Shown one piece after another: positions 52,192 through 64,000 of a stretch of DNA of 64,000 nt; within the stretch, counting starts at the first letter, position 1, and each line of letters opens with the position of its first letter. The notes beneath the pieces were generated by a model. It saw nothing but the letters and a program-made list of their open reading frames with translations, had not been told where the DNA came from and did no database searches. A program made the position numbers and the translations under genes. The stretch is from Nemertoderma westbladi (lineage: Eukaryota > Animalia > Xenacoelomorpha): positions 62,001 through 126,000 of the forward strand of contig JAUCBJ010001570.1 in NCBI GenBank assembly GCA_032718475.1, written 5' to 3'.

Positions 52192-53157
52192 CTAGTACTA
52201 CTAGGATCGGCATGCTGCATTGCAGCTGCATTTTTAAGAATGCTGTGCCGGCTTATCGAGAAAATTGCACCGCCACAACTCCCTATCACCCATGACATTT
52301 GCTAGATCATCCGCATCTTCAAGGCCAGTGTCCTTTAAGATGCGTCTCAAGAAAGTCATGGGCTGTCCACCATGCTCATTCACTCCATGAGGCTGCCAAA
52401 GTACAAGATTATGCACTGGCTGGTCCTCACGGCGAAAGCAATGTCCTGCAAAGCGGAGGCGATTTTGTTCTAGTGTCAAGCTTGGGGGAACCAATGAGAC
52501 ACCTCCAATGTTATATAGTGTCTCGTTGGAGATGTGTGCATTGTACTTGACACAATGAACCCGGCGTAGCATTCTTGTGAATGTGCCATCCAGAGATTTG
52601 TTGTCCTCAGCAGTTAGAGCCCAGCATGGACTCCCATAGAGGAGTACTGGAACTACTGCTGCTCTAAATAATCGGACCTTAAGTTTCCGATTAATTCTCG
52701 GTGACTTCCAAATCCTGGAAAGCCTATTCAAGGCTGCCCATGCCTTTCCTTACGTATTCGAAGGTCCTCACCTGACTTCCGGATCCATGATCCCAGGTAA
52801 CAGAAGTCATCCACATGCTCAAGCATACCATCTTTTGAGCTTATGCTCATCCGATCAGAGACTTGCTGAGGACTTTCAAAGTTAACTGTCAAAATTTTGG
52901 TCTTTCTGGAGTTAATAAAAAGACCAACACTAGAAGCAGCATGTTCTAATGAGGAGTACTCCTAAGTCATCAGCAAAGTCTAGATCAGTTAGGTACTTGG
53001 CAGGATTTCCTCGACTTCTGGAGCCAGTAGGTGGAGTTATCATCACCCCATCATCATTATGATGATCTAAGGACATGCGTAGAACATAGTCAACAACAAT
53101 TATGAACAAGAATGGTGCAAGTGTGTCTCCCTGAAGGACGCCGCATAACACTTCAAA
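52192..53157 (-). mobile_element. RTE-clade LINE, shorter 5'-truncated copy with frameshifts
   Basis: Near-identical to 53488-54483. Has GVLQGDTLAP and FADD, a TAG-repeat tail, a ~35-bp deletion near 52952 and a 1-bp deletion near 52750. ATGTGAAGATA occurs on both flanks. Confidence 0.95.
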
Positions 53158-53487
53158 AAAAAGTCCCCAATGTGAAGATAGCGCTTATTTCTGTCTTATA
53201 ACCTGAACATATACTAATTCATTTATTGTTTTGGTTAGATTCAGCCCTTCTGTAACCTGTGTTTTTGGTGAAAACCTGGCATTCTTCACATGGGGGTAAC
53301 TGCAAAGTGAAATATAACGGCATAAAGTCTGGTATTCTTCACATGGGCCAGTTTTTTTGTAACATATTTGCGCTGTTCACTGTTGCCTTAATAATCTTCA
53401 GATTCGCATAACATAAAATCAAAATCTACGACTATTACATTATAATGATGGGACTTGGGGACTATTATATTATATGTATAAACAACA

Positions 53488-55256
53488 CTACTAGGATCGG
53501 CATGCTGCATTGCAGCTGCATTTTTAAGAATGCTGTGCCGGCTTGTCAACAAAATTGCACCGCCACAATTCCCTATCACCCATGACATTTGCTAGATCAT
53601 CCGCATCTTTAAGGCCAGTGTCCTTTAAGATGCGTCTCAAAAAAGTCATGGGCTGTCCACCATGCTTATTCACTCCATGAGGCTGCCAAAGTACAAGATT
53701 ATGCACTGGCTGGTCCTCACGGCGAAAGCAATGTCCTGCAAAGCGGAGGCGATTTTGTTCTAGTGTCAAGCTTGGGGGAACCAATGAGACACCTCCAATG
53801 TTATATAGTGTCTGGTTGGAGATGTGTGCATTGTACTTGACACAATGTACCCGGCGTAGCATTCTTGTGAATGTGCCATCCAGAGATTTGGTGTCCTCAG
53901 CAGTTAGAGCCCAGCATGGACTCCCGTAGAGGAGTACTGGAACTACTGCTGCTCTAAATAATCGGACCTTAAGTTTCCGATTAATTCTAGGTGACTTCCA
54001 AATCCTGGAAAGCCTATTCAAGGCTGCCCATGCCTTTCCCTTACGTATTCGAAGGTCCTCACCTGACTTCCGGATCCATGATCCCAGGTAACAGAAGTCG
54101 TCCACATGCTCAAGCATACCATCCTTTGAGCTTATGCTCATCCGATCAGAGACTTGCTGAGGACTTTCAAAGTTAACTGTCAGAATTTTGGTCTTTCTGG
54201 AGTTAATAAAAAGACCAACACTAGAAGCAGCATGTTCTAATGAGCTGAGGAGCCGCTGGGCTCCCTCTAATGATTCTGAGAGTACTCCTAAGTCATCAGC
54301 AAAGTCTAGATCAGTTAGGTACTTGGCAGGATTTCCTCGACTTCTGGAGCCAGTAGGTGGAGTTATCATCACCCCATCATCATTATGATGATCTAAGGAC
54401 ATGCGTAGAACATAGTCAACCACAATAATGAACAAGAATGGTGCAAGTGTGTCTCCTTGGAGGACGCCCCATAACACTTCAAATGGTTCTGTGTCACCGT
54501 CAACAGTAGACACAAATGTTGTCGAACCCTCGTATACTGATCTGATTGCTGCAATAATTTCATCAGGAATCCCATATAATGAAAGTATGCTGAACATACG
54601 TGAGCGAGAGACTGAATCAAAGGCCTTGAAGAAATCAACAAAGATAACAGCCAGATTCCTGTCTTTCTTTTTTGATAACTCTTCAATTATCCTTCTAAGT
54701 GCCAAAATGGGCTCCATGGTCCCACGACCTTTACGGAACCCATTCTGATTTCCACGTAGCAGTCTCTCAATGGGATCCCTGATGCGATTTAATAGAATTC
54801 TATTGTATAGTTTTGCAGCAATCGAGATCAATGAGATTCCCCGAAAAGAACCATAGAGTGTTAGGTTGCCCTTCTTGGGAACTGGCACCAACTTATTTGT
54901 TTTCATTTCTTGTGGGACTCTTGTTGTACGGTACATGTCTACTATGATGGGATAGATGAGCTTTAAACACTCAGGTATTTTAAAGACCTCAGGGGGAACA
55001 GCATCTACTCCACTGGCACGATTGGTCTTAATGCTCTTTGCAGCAGCCTTCACTTCTGCAAAGGAGATATCGCCAATGGGAATATCTGGGAGTACAGACT
55101 CAGACACTTTTACTTCTATAAAGTTATCAGGCAATACCCTGTCATTATTGAGGAGCTTTTCAAAGTGGGCTTTCCAACCATTGAGGCGATCGGCTGGTGA
55201 TTCAGCCTTAACCTTGGTGGTTGGTTGGCTTTTCCGCCCAGTAAGCAGATTGATCG
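53488..55256 (-). mobile_element. RTE-clade LINE, 5'-truncated copy with an uninterrupted RT ORF (53524-55256)
   Basis: RT motifs PVPKKG, FRGISL, QNGFR, FVDFFKAFDSV, GVLQGDTLAPFLF, LDFADDL, YLGS and RLRFAGH. Short 3' UTR, (TAG)n tail, 10-bp TSD ATAAACAACA at 53478-53487 and 55257-55266. Confidence 0.97.
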
Positions 55257-56316
55257 ATAAACAACAACAATGGAACAAACTCGCAAACTGACTTCACATC
55301 AACGAACCAACCGTAGCGTGTTTACTTTCTAGGATATCTAGAAAATATCAAAGGTAGTGGAGATGTAAATAAGTTACGAATTGGATACATAATAATTCGA
55401 AGTTTAGGCTTTCACGAATTATTGTACACAGGAATAGCGCTTTCCGCAGCAGAAGAAAGAATATCCATTATTAATTTTGTTTCAAATATTTTAAGTTATT
55501 CTTATAACTGGTTGTTGTAACAAGAACTGTATGGGAAGGGAAACGCAACATATTTCCCTTATATTAAAGTAGGTCACGAGACAAAATAATATGGGAGCAA
55601 GCTGGCGCAAACGGATACGTTGGCTTGGGTGGGTGTGGGATTAATGGTTGCATATAGAACGCAATACGAGCCAACTGCGCTGACAATCTTCGTAATAAAT
55701 GTCTGCTGCCCTTCATATTAGATTGATGTTATATGGGGTGAATTTGTTAAGGAAAATTCATAATATATTGATATTATGTTAAACGTTGTGGTGCCTTCGC
55801 GCAGCACGAGAGACTATATGTGAAACTGTGTAAATATATATCTAGCCCAACCTAGTTGCGGCCCGTAAAATTGCACGACGCCAAAAACCGACTCATTTCA
55901 TTGAGAACATTTTATAGATGATTCTGTGATGATATTGTCAAAATGTATGCAGGGGTTCAAAAGTTACGGTTATACGAAGTCGTATATTTAGCGGATATAT
56001 TTCGGACCGAATTTGCGAGACGCTAGAAACTTTCTCTTTGAATTAAGAGCATTCCGTAGGTCTTTCTGTGACAGTTAAATAAAAATTGAAGCAAAAGTTA
56101 CTAAGCCTAGACGAAGTTATAATACTAGCGCCTCCTACCGATGGCCCATGAAATTGCAGGACGCCAAAATTATCTAAACCCTTTCTTAGAATAGATCTGT
56201 CATACCAAGTTTTAGTTAAAGAAATTGGGGAGTTACTGAGAAATAAACTATCAAAGATTAGACCGACAAACACGAGGTTGAGATAGTGGTACCCATATTC
56301 TAAGGTCATGTAGAAC

Positions 56317-59138
56317 ATGCGCTTACTGCTACACGCACTACATGCACTTACTGCTACACGCACTACATGCATTTACTACTACACGCACTACATGCACTTA
56401 CTGCTACACGCACTACATGCACTTACTGCTACACACACTACATGCACTTACTGCTACACGCACTACATGCACTTACTGCTACCCGCACTACCTTGCACTT
56501 ACTGCTGCACGCACTACATGCACATACTGCTACACGCACTACCTTGCACTTACCGCTACACGCACTACCTTGCACTTACTGCTGCACGCACTACATGCAC
56601 ATACTGCTACACGCACTACCTTGCACTTACTGCTGCACGCACTACATGCACTTACTGCTGTACGCACTACATGCACTTACTGCTACACGCACTACATGCA
56701 CTTAATGCTACACGCACCACCTTGCACTTACTGCTGCACGCACTACATGCACATACTGCTACACGCACTACCTTGCACTTACTGCTGCACGCACTACATG
56801 CACTTACTGCTGCACGCACTACATGCACTTACTGCTACACGCACTACATGCACATACTGCTACACGCACTACATGCACATACTGCTACACGCACTACATG
56901 CACATACTGCTACACGCACTACATGCACATACTGCTACACGCACTACATGCACTTACTGCTACACGCACTACATGCACATACTGCTACACGCACTACATG
57001 CACTTACTGCTACACGCACTACATGCACATACTGCTACACGCACATACTGCTACACGCACTACATGCACATACTGCTACACGCACTACATGCACTTACTG
57101 CTACACGCACTACATGCACATACTGCTACACGCACTACATGCACATACTGCTACACGCACTACATGCACATACTGCTACACGCACTACATGCACATACTG
57201 CTACACGCACTACGTGCACTTACTGCTACACGCACTACATGCACATACTGCTACACGCACTACATGCACATACTGCTACACGCACTACATGCACATACTG
57301 CTACACGCACTACATGCACTTACTGCTACACGCACTACATGCACATACTGCTACACGCACTACATGCACTTACTGCTACAAGCACTACATGAACATACTG
57401 CTACACGCACTACATGCACATACTGCTACACGCACTACATGCACTTACTGCTACACGCACTACATGCACATACTGCTACACGCACTACATGCACTTACTG
57501 CTACACGCACTACATGCACTTACTGCTACACGCACTACATGCACTTACTGCTACACGCACTACATGCACTTACAGCTACACGCACTACCTTGCACTTCCT
57601 GCTGCACGCACTACATGCACATACTGCTGCACGTACTACATGCACTTACTGCTACACGCACTACATGCACATACTGCTACACGCACTACATGCACATACT
57701 GCTACACGCACTACATGCACATACTGCTGCACGTACTACATGCACTTACTGCTACACGCACTACATGCACATACTGCTACACGCACTACATGCACATACT
57801 GCTACACGCACTACATGCACTTACTGCTACACGCACTACATGCACATACTGCTACACGCACTACATGCACTTACTGCTACACGCACTACATGCACATACT
57901 GCTACACGCACTACATGCACATACTGCTACACGCACTACATGCACTTACTGCTACACGCACTACATGCACATACTGCTACACGCACTACATGCACTTACT
58001 GCTACACGCACTACATGCACTTACTGCTACACGCACTACATGCACATACTGCTACACGCACTACATGCACATACTGCTACACGCACTACATGCACTTACT
58101 GCTACACGCACTACATGCACATACTGCTACACGCACTACATGCACATACTGCTACACGCACTACATGCACTTACTGCTACACGCACTACATTCACATACT
58201 GCTACACGCACTACATGCACTTACTGCTACACGCACTACATGCACATACTGCTACACGCACTACATGCACTTACTGCTACACGCACTACATGCACATACT
58301 GCTACACGCACTACATGCACTTACTGCTACACGCACTACATGCACATACTGCTACACGCACTACATGCACATACTGCTACACGCACTACATGCACTTACT
58401 GCTACACGCACTACATGCACATACTGCTACACGCACTACATGCACTTACTGCTACACGCACTACATGCACTTACTGCTACACGCACTACTTGCACTTACT
58501 GCTACACGCACTACATGCACTTACTGCTACACGTACTACCTTGCACTTACTGCTGCACGCACTACATGCACATACTGCTGCACGTACTACATGCACTTCC
58601 TGCTACACGCACTACATGCACATACTGCTACACGCACTACATGCACATACTGCTACACGCACTACATGCACATACTGCTACACGCACTACATGCACATAC
58701 TGCTACACGCACTACATGCACTACATGCACATACTGGTACACGCACTACATGCACTTACTGCTACACGCACTACATGCACATACTGCTACACGCATTACA
58801 TGCACATACTGATACACGCACTACATGCACTTACTGCTACGCGCACTACATGCACATACTGCTACACGCACTACATGCACATACTGCTACACGCACTACA
58901 TGCACTTACTGCTACACGCACTACATGCACATACTGCTACACGCACTACATGCACATACTGCTACACGCACTACATGCACATACTGCTACACGCACTACA
59001 TGCACTTACTGCTACACGCACTACATGCACATACTGCTACACGCACTACATGCACATACTGCTACACGCACTACATGCACTTACTGCTACACGCACTACA
59101 TGCACATACTGCTACACGCACTACATGCACATACTGCA
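56317..59138. repeat. 25-bp minisatellite, ~113 copies
   Basis: Unit ATGCAC(T/A)TACTGCTACACGCACTAC. Confidence 0.98.
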
Positions 59139-59340
59139 TTTTCTTGAAACAGCTAAACTAATGTGGGAAATCCACAATAACAAAAAAACAACATTTTATC
59201 ACTTCGTTGTTTCAACAAACATACATACTTACAACACACGATCAACAACAAGAAAAATCTACTATGTACCACGGACCCGACTACTACAAGGACAGAAATC
59301 ATTACAATATAACGGTGTCATTGTCTGGAACACGCTAGAT
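59137..59340 (+). mobile_element. CR1/L2-type LINE ORF2 C-terminal remnant
   Basis: HFLETAKLMWEIHNNK...IHTYNTRS...YYVPRTR...GQKSLQYNGVIVWNTL. Confidence 0.7.
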
Positions 59341-59399
59341 GTAGATAGGGGGGTATACCTACCCCCACCCCCCCCCCCCCCCCCCTTCGGTCAAATTTT

Positions 59400-60010
59400 C
59401 AAATTGTTGTTTCTTTTTTCAATCTAGAGCAGAATTTAATGAGGATTACAAATCTGAAAACCGCTTAGTGAGACCTCTTTAAGTTCTCGAGTTTTTCTGT
59501 ATCACTGTTTTTCTGTATGACGGTCTGTCCGTCAAACAGTCAATTTTGGCGCGAAGGTTTAAACTTTGAAGGGCATTTTCTCGGAATGACATTTTTCATT
59601 TTCAAATTACTACTCCTCCGTCATTTTTCAACCAATTTGGCTTATTCGAACGGGCTTTGGAAGCTTTTTAAAAGTTATCTTATGGAATTTTGATAAATAT
59701 TACCATTCTTTGTAATTAGCCAATTTTAATTAAAAATATTATAATTAATTAATTAAATTAATTAATTAAAATAAAAATGGCAAATTAAAAATTCTCTAAA
59801 ATAACTTTTGTAGAATCAATGACGCTGAGTCCAAAAAAGTTGGTTACAAGAAATTTGGACCAAGATAGTTGGACTAGTAGCAATTTTAGTGAAATCTTTA
59901 ATTCCGCCGCCAGCCGCTAGGGGGAGACTATACATTTTCAAATTTTGCTACAGAGGCTATTAGGCCTTCCATTCAGTGGTTGGCCATGACAAAATAGCAA
60001 TATTATCATT
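59400..60010. repeat. Dispersed repeat, inverted relative of 25660-25839 plus 29003-29260
   Basis: Shared CCCCTAGCGGCTGGC, CTTGGTCCAAATTTCTTG and AAAGTTT-AACCTT blocks in inverted order. Confidence 0.7.
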
Positions 60011-60248
60011 TAACACTAATGCTACAAGGAGACCGTCCATAGACAAACTTAGTGTTAGTTGGGTCCCTCATTCATTGTCATCAACCTATAAAACATTTGA
60101 ACGGCCCAGTGCTTACAATGATATTCCCATAGGACTCACTGGGAAGAGCTATTCAGCTGGCGGGGTAATACATTATACAAACTAACAGTTGATATTTGAT
60201 TACTGTCTGGGATAGAGTGAGAGAGTAATAAATTTAGCAAGTAATATT

Positions 60249-61079
60249 CCGGGTGTTCCATAATGATTGCCCCCCCCCCCCCCTGGCCAGCCAAAACTGC
60301 CAGACATGCACCTTAGTGTAATATATCATTCGAAAGAGAATTTAATTCTGAGCTTGCATGCAAAAATTTAGGGTCCAATAAAAAAGTATAAAAATTTTAT
60401 AGGCTATTCTTTAAACCTATCTTATTTTTCATTATTTTTGATTTAATCACAATTAAAAAAATATAATTTATCCAGCGTTAGTCATCAGCTTTACAGCCAT
60501 GCTTCCCCTTTGCAGCACGGGGAGCTCCTCGATAGTGGCAAAGGATGTTGGCCCTTAAAAGGGCCGTTTTGGTTTGAGTTCAGTTTGATTATGCCACAGA
60601 ATCACGACCCTCTCTAAAAGTAACATCTCTGATCCTGTCAACCATACGTTTTTCTTCAGAGTCATCGAAGATTGCACTGGAACTTGTCATTTTAATTACT
60701 TCTGTTAGGCCTAATTCAGTAAAATTAACAAAGAAGCACTAATACCGGTAACTGAATACTGTAATATATTGCAATACAGCAAAAGTCAGGCAGTAATAAC
60801 TGTTTAAACAGGGCTTGCAAATCTGATGACTAACGCTGGATAAATTATATTTTTTTAAATTGCGATTAAATCAAAAATATTGAAAAGTAAGATAAGGTTT
60901 AAAGAATTGCCTATAAAATTTTTATACTTTTGTAATGGACCCTAAATTTTTGCATGCAAGCTCAGAATTAAATTATCTTTCAAATGATATATTACACTAA
61001 AGTAAGTACATGTCTGGCAGTTTTGGCTGGCCAGTGGGGGGGGGGGGGGGGGGGGGGGGAATCATTATGGAACACCCGG
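60249..61079 (-). mobile_element. Internally deleted Tc1/mariner-like element
   Basis: ~240-bp TIRs starting CCGGGTGTTCCATAATGATT. TA at the right end (TT at the left). Internal remnant MTSSAIFDDSEEKRMVDRIRDVTFREGRD resembles a transposase N-terminus. Confidence 0.8.
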
Positions 61080-61303
61080 TACGTCTGTGCAGTTTGGGCC
61101 TATCCATTCAATCAATAGTAGTAGCTTACTAATAGACCCTCATGAGTACCAGCAGCTGGTGTTTCTATCGTTGAGTTGATGGCAATTTTCGTGTTTTCAT
61201 TTTCACTCACTCAGAGTACTGGTTTGAGGGGCAGGTTCGTTTAAAGCCAGCTTGCTGGCTTTCTAGTGCAATTGTTGTAATTAATATGTACGACCAACTC
61301 GGA

Positions 61304-64000
61304 GTTCACTTATAACTTTTCAGTGTGTTCACTTATATAACTTTTCAGGGTGTTCACTTAGAACTATTCAGTGTGTTCACTTATAACTTTTCAGTGTGTT
61401 TACTTAGAACTTTTCAGTGTGTTCACTTAGAACTGGAACTTTTCAGTGTGTTCACTTAGAACTTTTGTTTGTGTTCACATATAACTTTTCGGTGTTTTCT
61501 CTTATAACTTTTATTTGTGCTCACTTAGAAGTTTTCGGGGTGTTCACTTATAACTTTTCAGTGTGTTCACTTATATAACTTTTCAGGGTGTTCACTTAGA
61601 ACTATTCAGTGTGTTCACTTATAACTTTTCAGTGTGTTCACTTATAACTTTTCAGTGTGTTCACTTATATAACTTTTCAGGGTGTTCACTTAGAACTATT
61701 CAGTGTGTTCACTTATAACTTTTCAGTGTGTTTACTTAGAACTTTTCAGTGTGTTCACTTAGAACTGGAACTTTTCAGTGTGTTCACTTAGAACTTTTGT
61801 TTGTGTTCACATATAACTTTTCGGTGTTTTCTCTTATAACTTTTATTTGTGCTCACTTAGAAGTTTTCGGGGTGTTCACTTATAACTTTTCAGTGTGTTC
61901 ACTTATATAACTTTTCAGGGTGTTCACTTAGAACTATTCAGTGTGTTCACTTATAACTTTTCAGTGTGTTCACTTATAACTTTTCAGTGTGTTCACTTAG
62001 AACTGGAACTTTTCAGTGTAGAACTTTTGTTTGTGTTCACTTATAACTTTTCGGTGTTTTCACTTATAACTTTTATTTGTGCTCACTTAGAAGTTTTCGG
62101 GGTGTTCACTTAGAACTTTTCAGTGTGTTCACTTAGAACTGGAACTTTTCCGTGTTTTCACTTAGAACTTTTATTTGTGTCACTTAGAAGTTTTCGGGGT
62201 GTTCACTGAGAACTTTTCAGTGTGTTCACTTATAACTTTTCAGTGTGTTCACTTAGAACTATTCAGTGCGTTCAATTATAACTTTTAGGTGTGTTCACTT
62301 CACTTAGAACTAATCAGTGCATTCACTTAGAACTTTTCAGTGTGTTCACTTATAACTTTTCAGTGTGTTCACTTAGAACTTTTCAGTGTGTTCAATTAGA
62401 ACTGGAACTTTTCAGTGTGTTCACTTAGAACTTTTGTTTGTGTTCACTTATAACTTTTCGGTGTTTTCACTTAGAACTTTTATTTGTGTTCACTTAGAAC
62501 TTTTAGGTGTTTTCATTTAGAACTTTTATTTGTGTTCACTTAGAACTTTTCAGTGTGTTCACTTATAACTTTTCAGTGTGTTCACTTAGAACTTTTCAGT
62601 GTGTTCACTTAGAACTTTTGTTTGTGTTCACTTATAACTTTTCGGTGTTTTCACTTAGAACTTTTATTTGTGTTCACTTAGAAGTTTTCGGGGTGTTTAC
62701 TTAGAACGTTTCAGTGTGTTCACTTAGAACTATTCAGTGTGTTCACTTATAACTTTTCAGTGTGTTCACTTATAACTTATCAGTGTGTTCACTTAGAACT
62801 GGAACTTTTCAGTGTTTTCACTTAGAACTTTTATTTGTGTTCACTTAGACCACTCTTTGTTTGTGTTCACTTAGAACTTTTGTTTGTGTTCACTTAGAAC
62901 TTTTGTTTGTGTTCACTTACAACTTTTCAGTGTTTTCACTTAGAACTTTTATTTGTGTTCACTTAGAACTATTCAGTGCGTTCAAATATAACTTTTCAGT
63001 GTGTTCACTTCACTTAGAACTAATCAGTGCGTTCACTTAGAACTTTTCAGTGTGTTCACTTATAACTTTTCAGTGTTTTCACTTAGAACTTTTATTTGTG
63101 TCACTTAGAAGTTTTCGGGGTGTTCACTGAGAACTTTTCAGTGTGTTCACTTATAACTTTTCAGTGCGTTCAATTATAACTTTTCAGTGTGTTCACTTCA
63201 CTTAGAACTAATCAGTGCGTTCACTTAGAAATTTTCAGTGTGTTCACTTAGAACTTTTCAGTGTGTTCAATTAGAACTGGAACTTTTCAGTGTGTTCACT
63301 TAGAACTTTTGTTTGTGTTCACTTATAACTTTTCGGTGTTTTCACTGAGAACTTTTATTTGTGTTCACTTAGAACTTTTAGGTGTTTTCATTTAGAACTT
63401 TTATTTGTGTTCACTTAGAACTATTCAGTGTGTTCAATTATAACTTTTCAGTGTGTTCACTTCACTTAGAACTAATCAGTGCGTTCACTTAGAACTTTTC
63501 AGTGTGTTCACTTATAACTTTTCAGTGTGTTCACTTAGAACTTTTCAGTGTGTTCACTTAGAACTTTTCAGTGTGTTCACTTAGAACTTTTCAGTGTGTT
63601 CACTTAGAACTGGAACATTTTCAGTGTGTTCACTTAGAACTGGAACTTTTCAGTGTGTTCACTTAGAACTGGAACTTTTCAGTGTGTTCACTTAGAACTG
63701 GAACTTTTCAGTGTGTTCACTTAGAACTGGAACTTTTCAGTGTGTTCACTTAGAACTGGAACTTTTCAGTGTGTTCACTTAGAACTTTTGTTTGTGTTCA
63801 CTTAGAACTGGAACTTTTCAGTGTTTTCACTTAGAACTTTTATTTGTGTTCACTTAGAACTTTTGTTTGTGTTCACTTAGAACTTTTGTTTGTGTTCACT
63901 TATAACTTTTCAGTGTTTTCACTTAGAACTTTTATTTGTGTTCACTTAGAACTATTCAGTGCGTTCAAATATAACTTTTCAGTGTGTTCACTTCACTTAG
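61304..64000. repeat. 23-bp satellite with higher-order structure, continues past the window end
   Basis: Unit GTTCACTTAGAACTTTTCAGTGT. Confidence 0.97.

Noticed and set aside
55257-55278. Start of the 584-aa RT ORF (MFHCCCL)
   Set aside because: It lies outside the TSD-defined element, so it is flanking sequence and not a true start
56317-59161. 831-, 939- and 577-aa His/Cys/Thr-rich ORFs
   Set aside because: They are translations of a 25-bp satellite that is open in all three frames and cycles the same peptide, so there is no coding signature
52002-64000. Upstream PDCD4 exons (KKGGAGGKG.WG, DPNYD motifs)
   Set aside because: Not found by eye; they probably lie beyond the window

Overview
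Repeat-rich, AT-rich eukaryotic (animal-like) genomic DNA. Two convergent spliced genes are supported. On + is the large terminal exon of a NOL11-like gene (23220-24153). On - are six in-frame exons of a PDCD4-like MA3 gene (52001 to 35205), whose 5' exons lie beyond the window. About 40% of the window is a dozen unrelated minisatellite arrays. The rest includes DNA transposons with visible TIRs and TSDs (MULE-like, hAT MITE, Sola2-like, Tc1-like), two RTE LINE copies, CR1 and LTR-protease remnants, and an ALDH3-like pseudogene. The most notable pattern is that several arrays are amplified splice junctions. Two PDCD4 introns are filled by repeats of the upstream exon's 3' end plus its donor: one array keeps the GT in all 23 copies, and the other breaks it in the copies. 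The 59-bp array at the window start parses as a 44-nt GT-AG intron plus a 15-nt frame-preserving microexon. Family assignments come from recalled motifs, not database searches.
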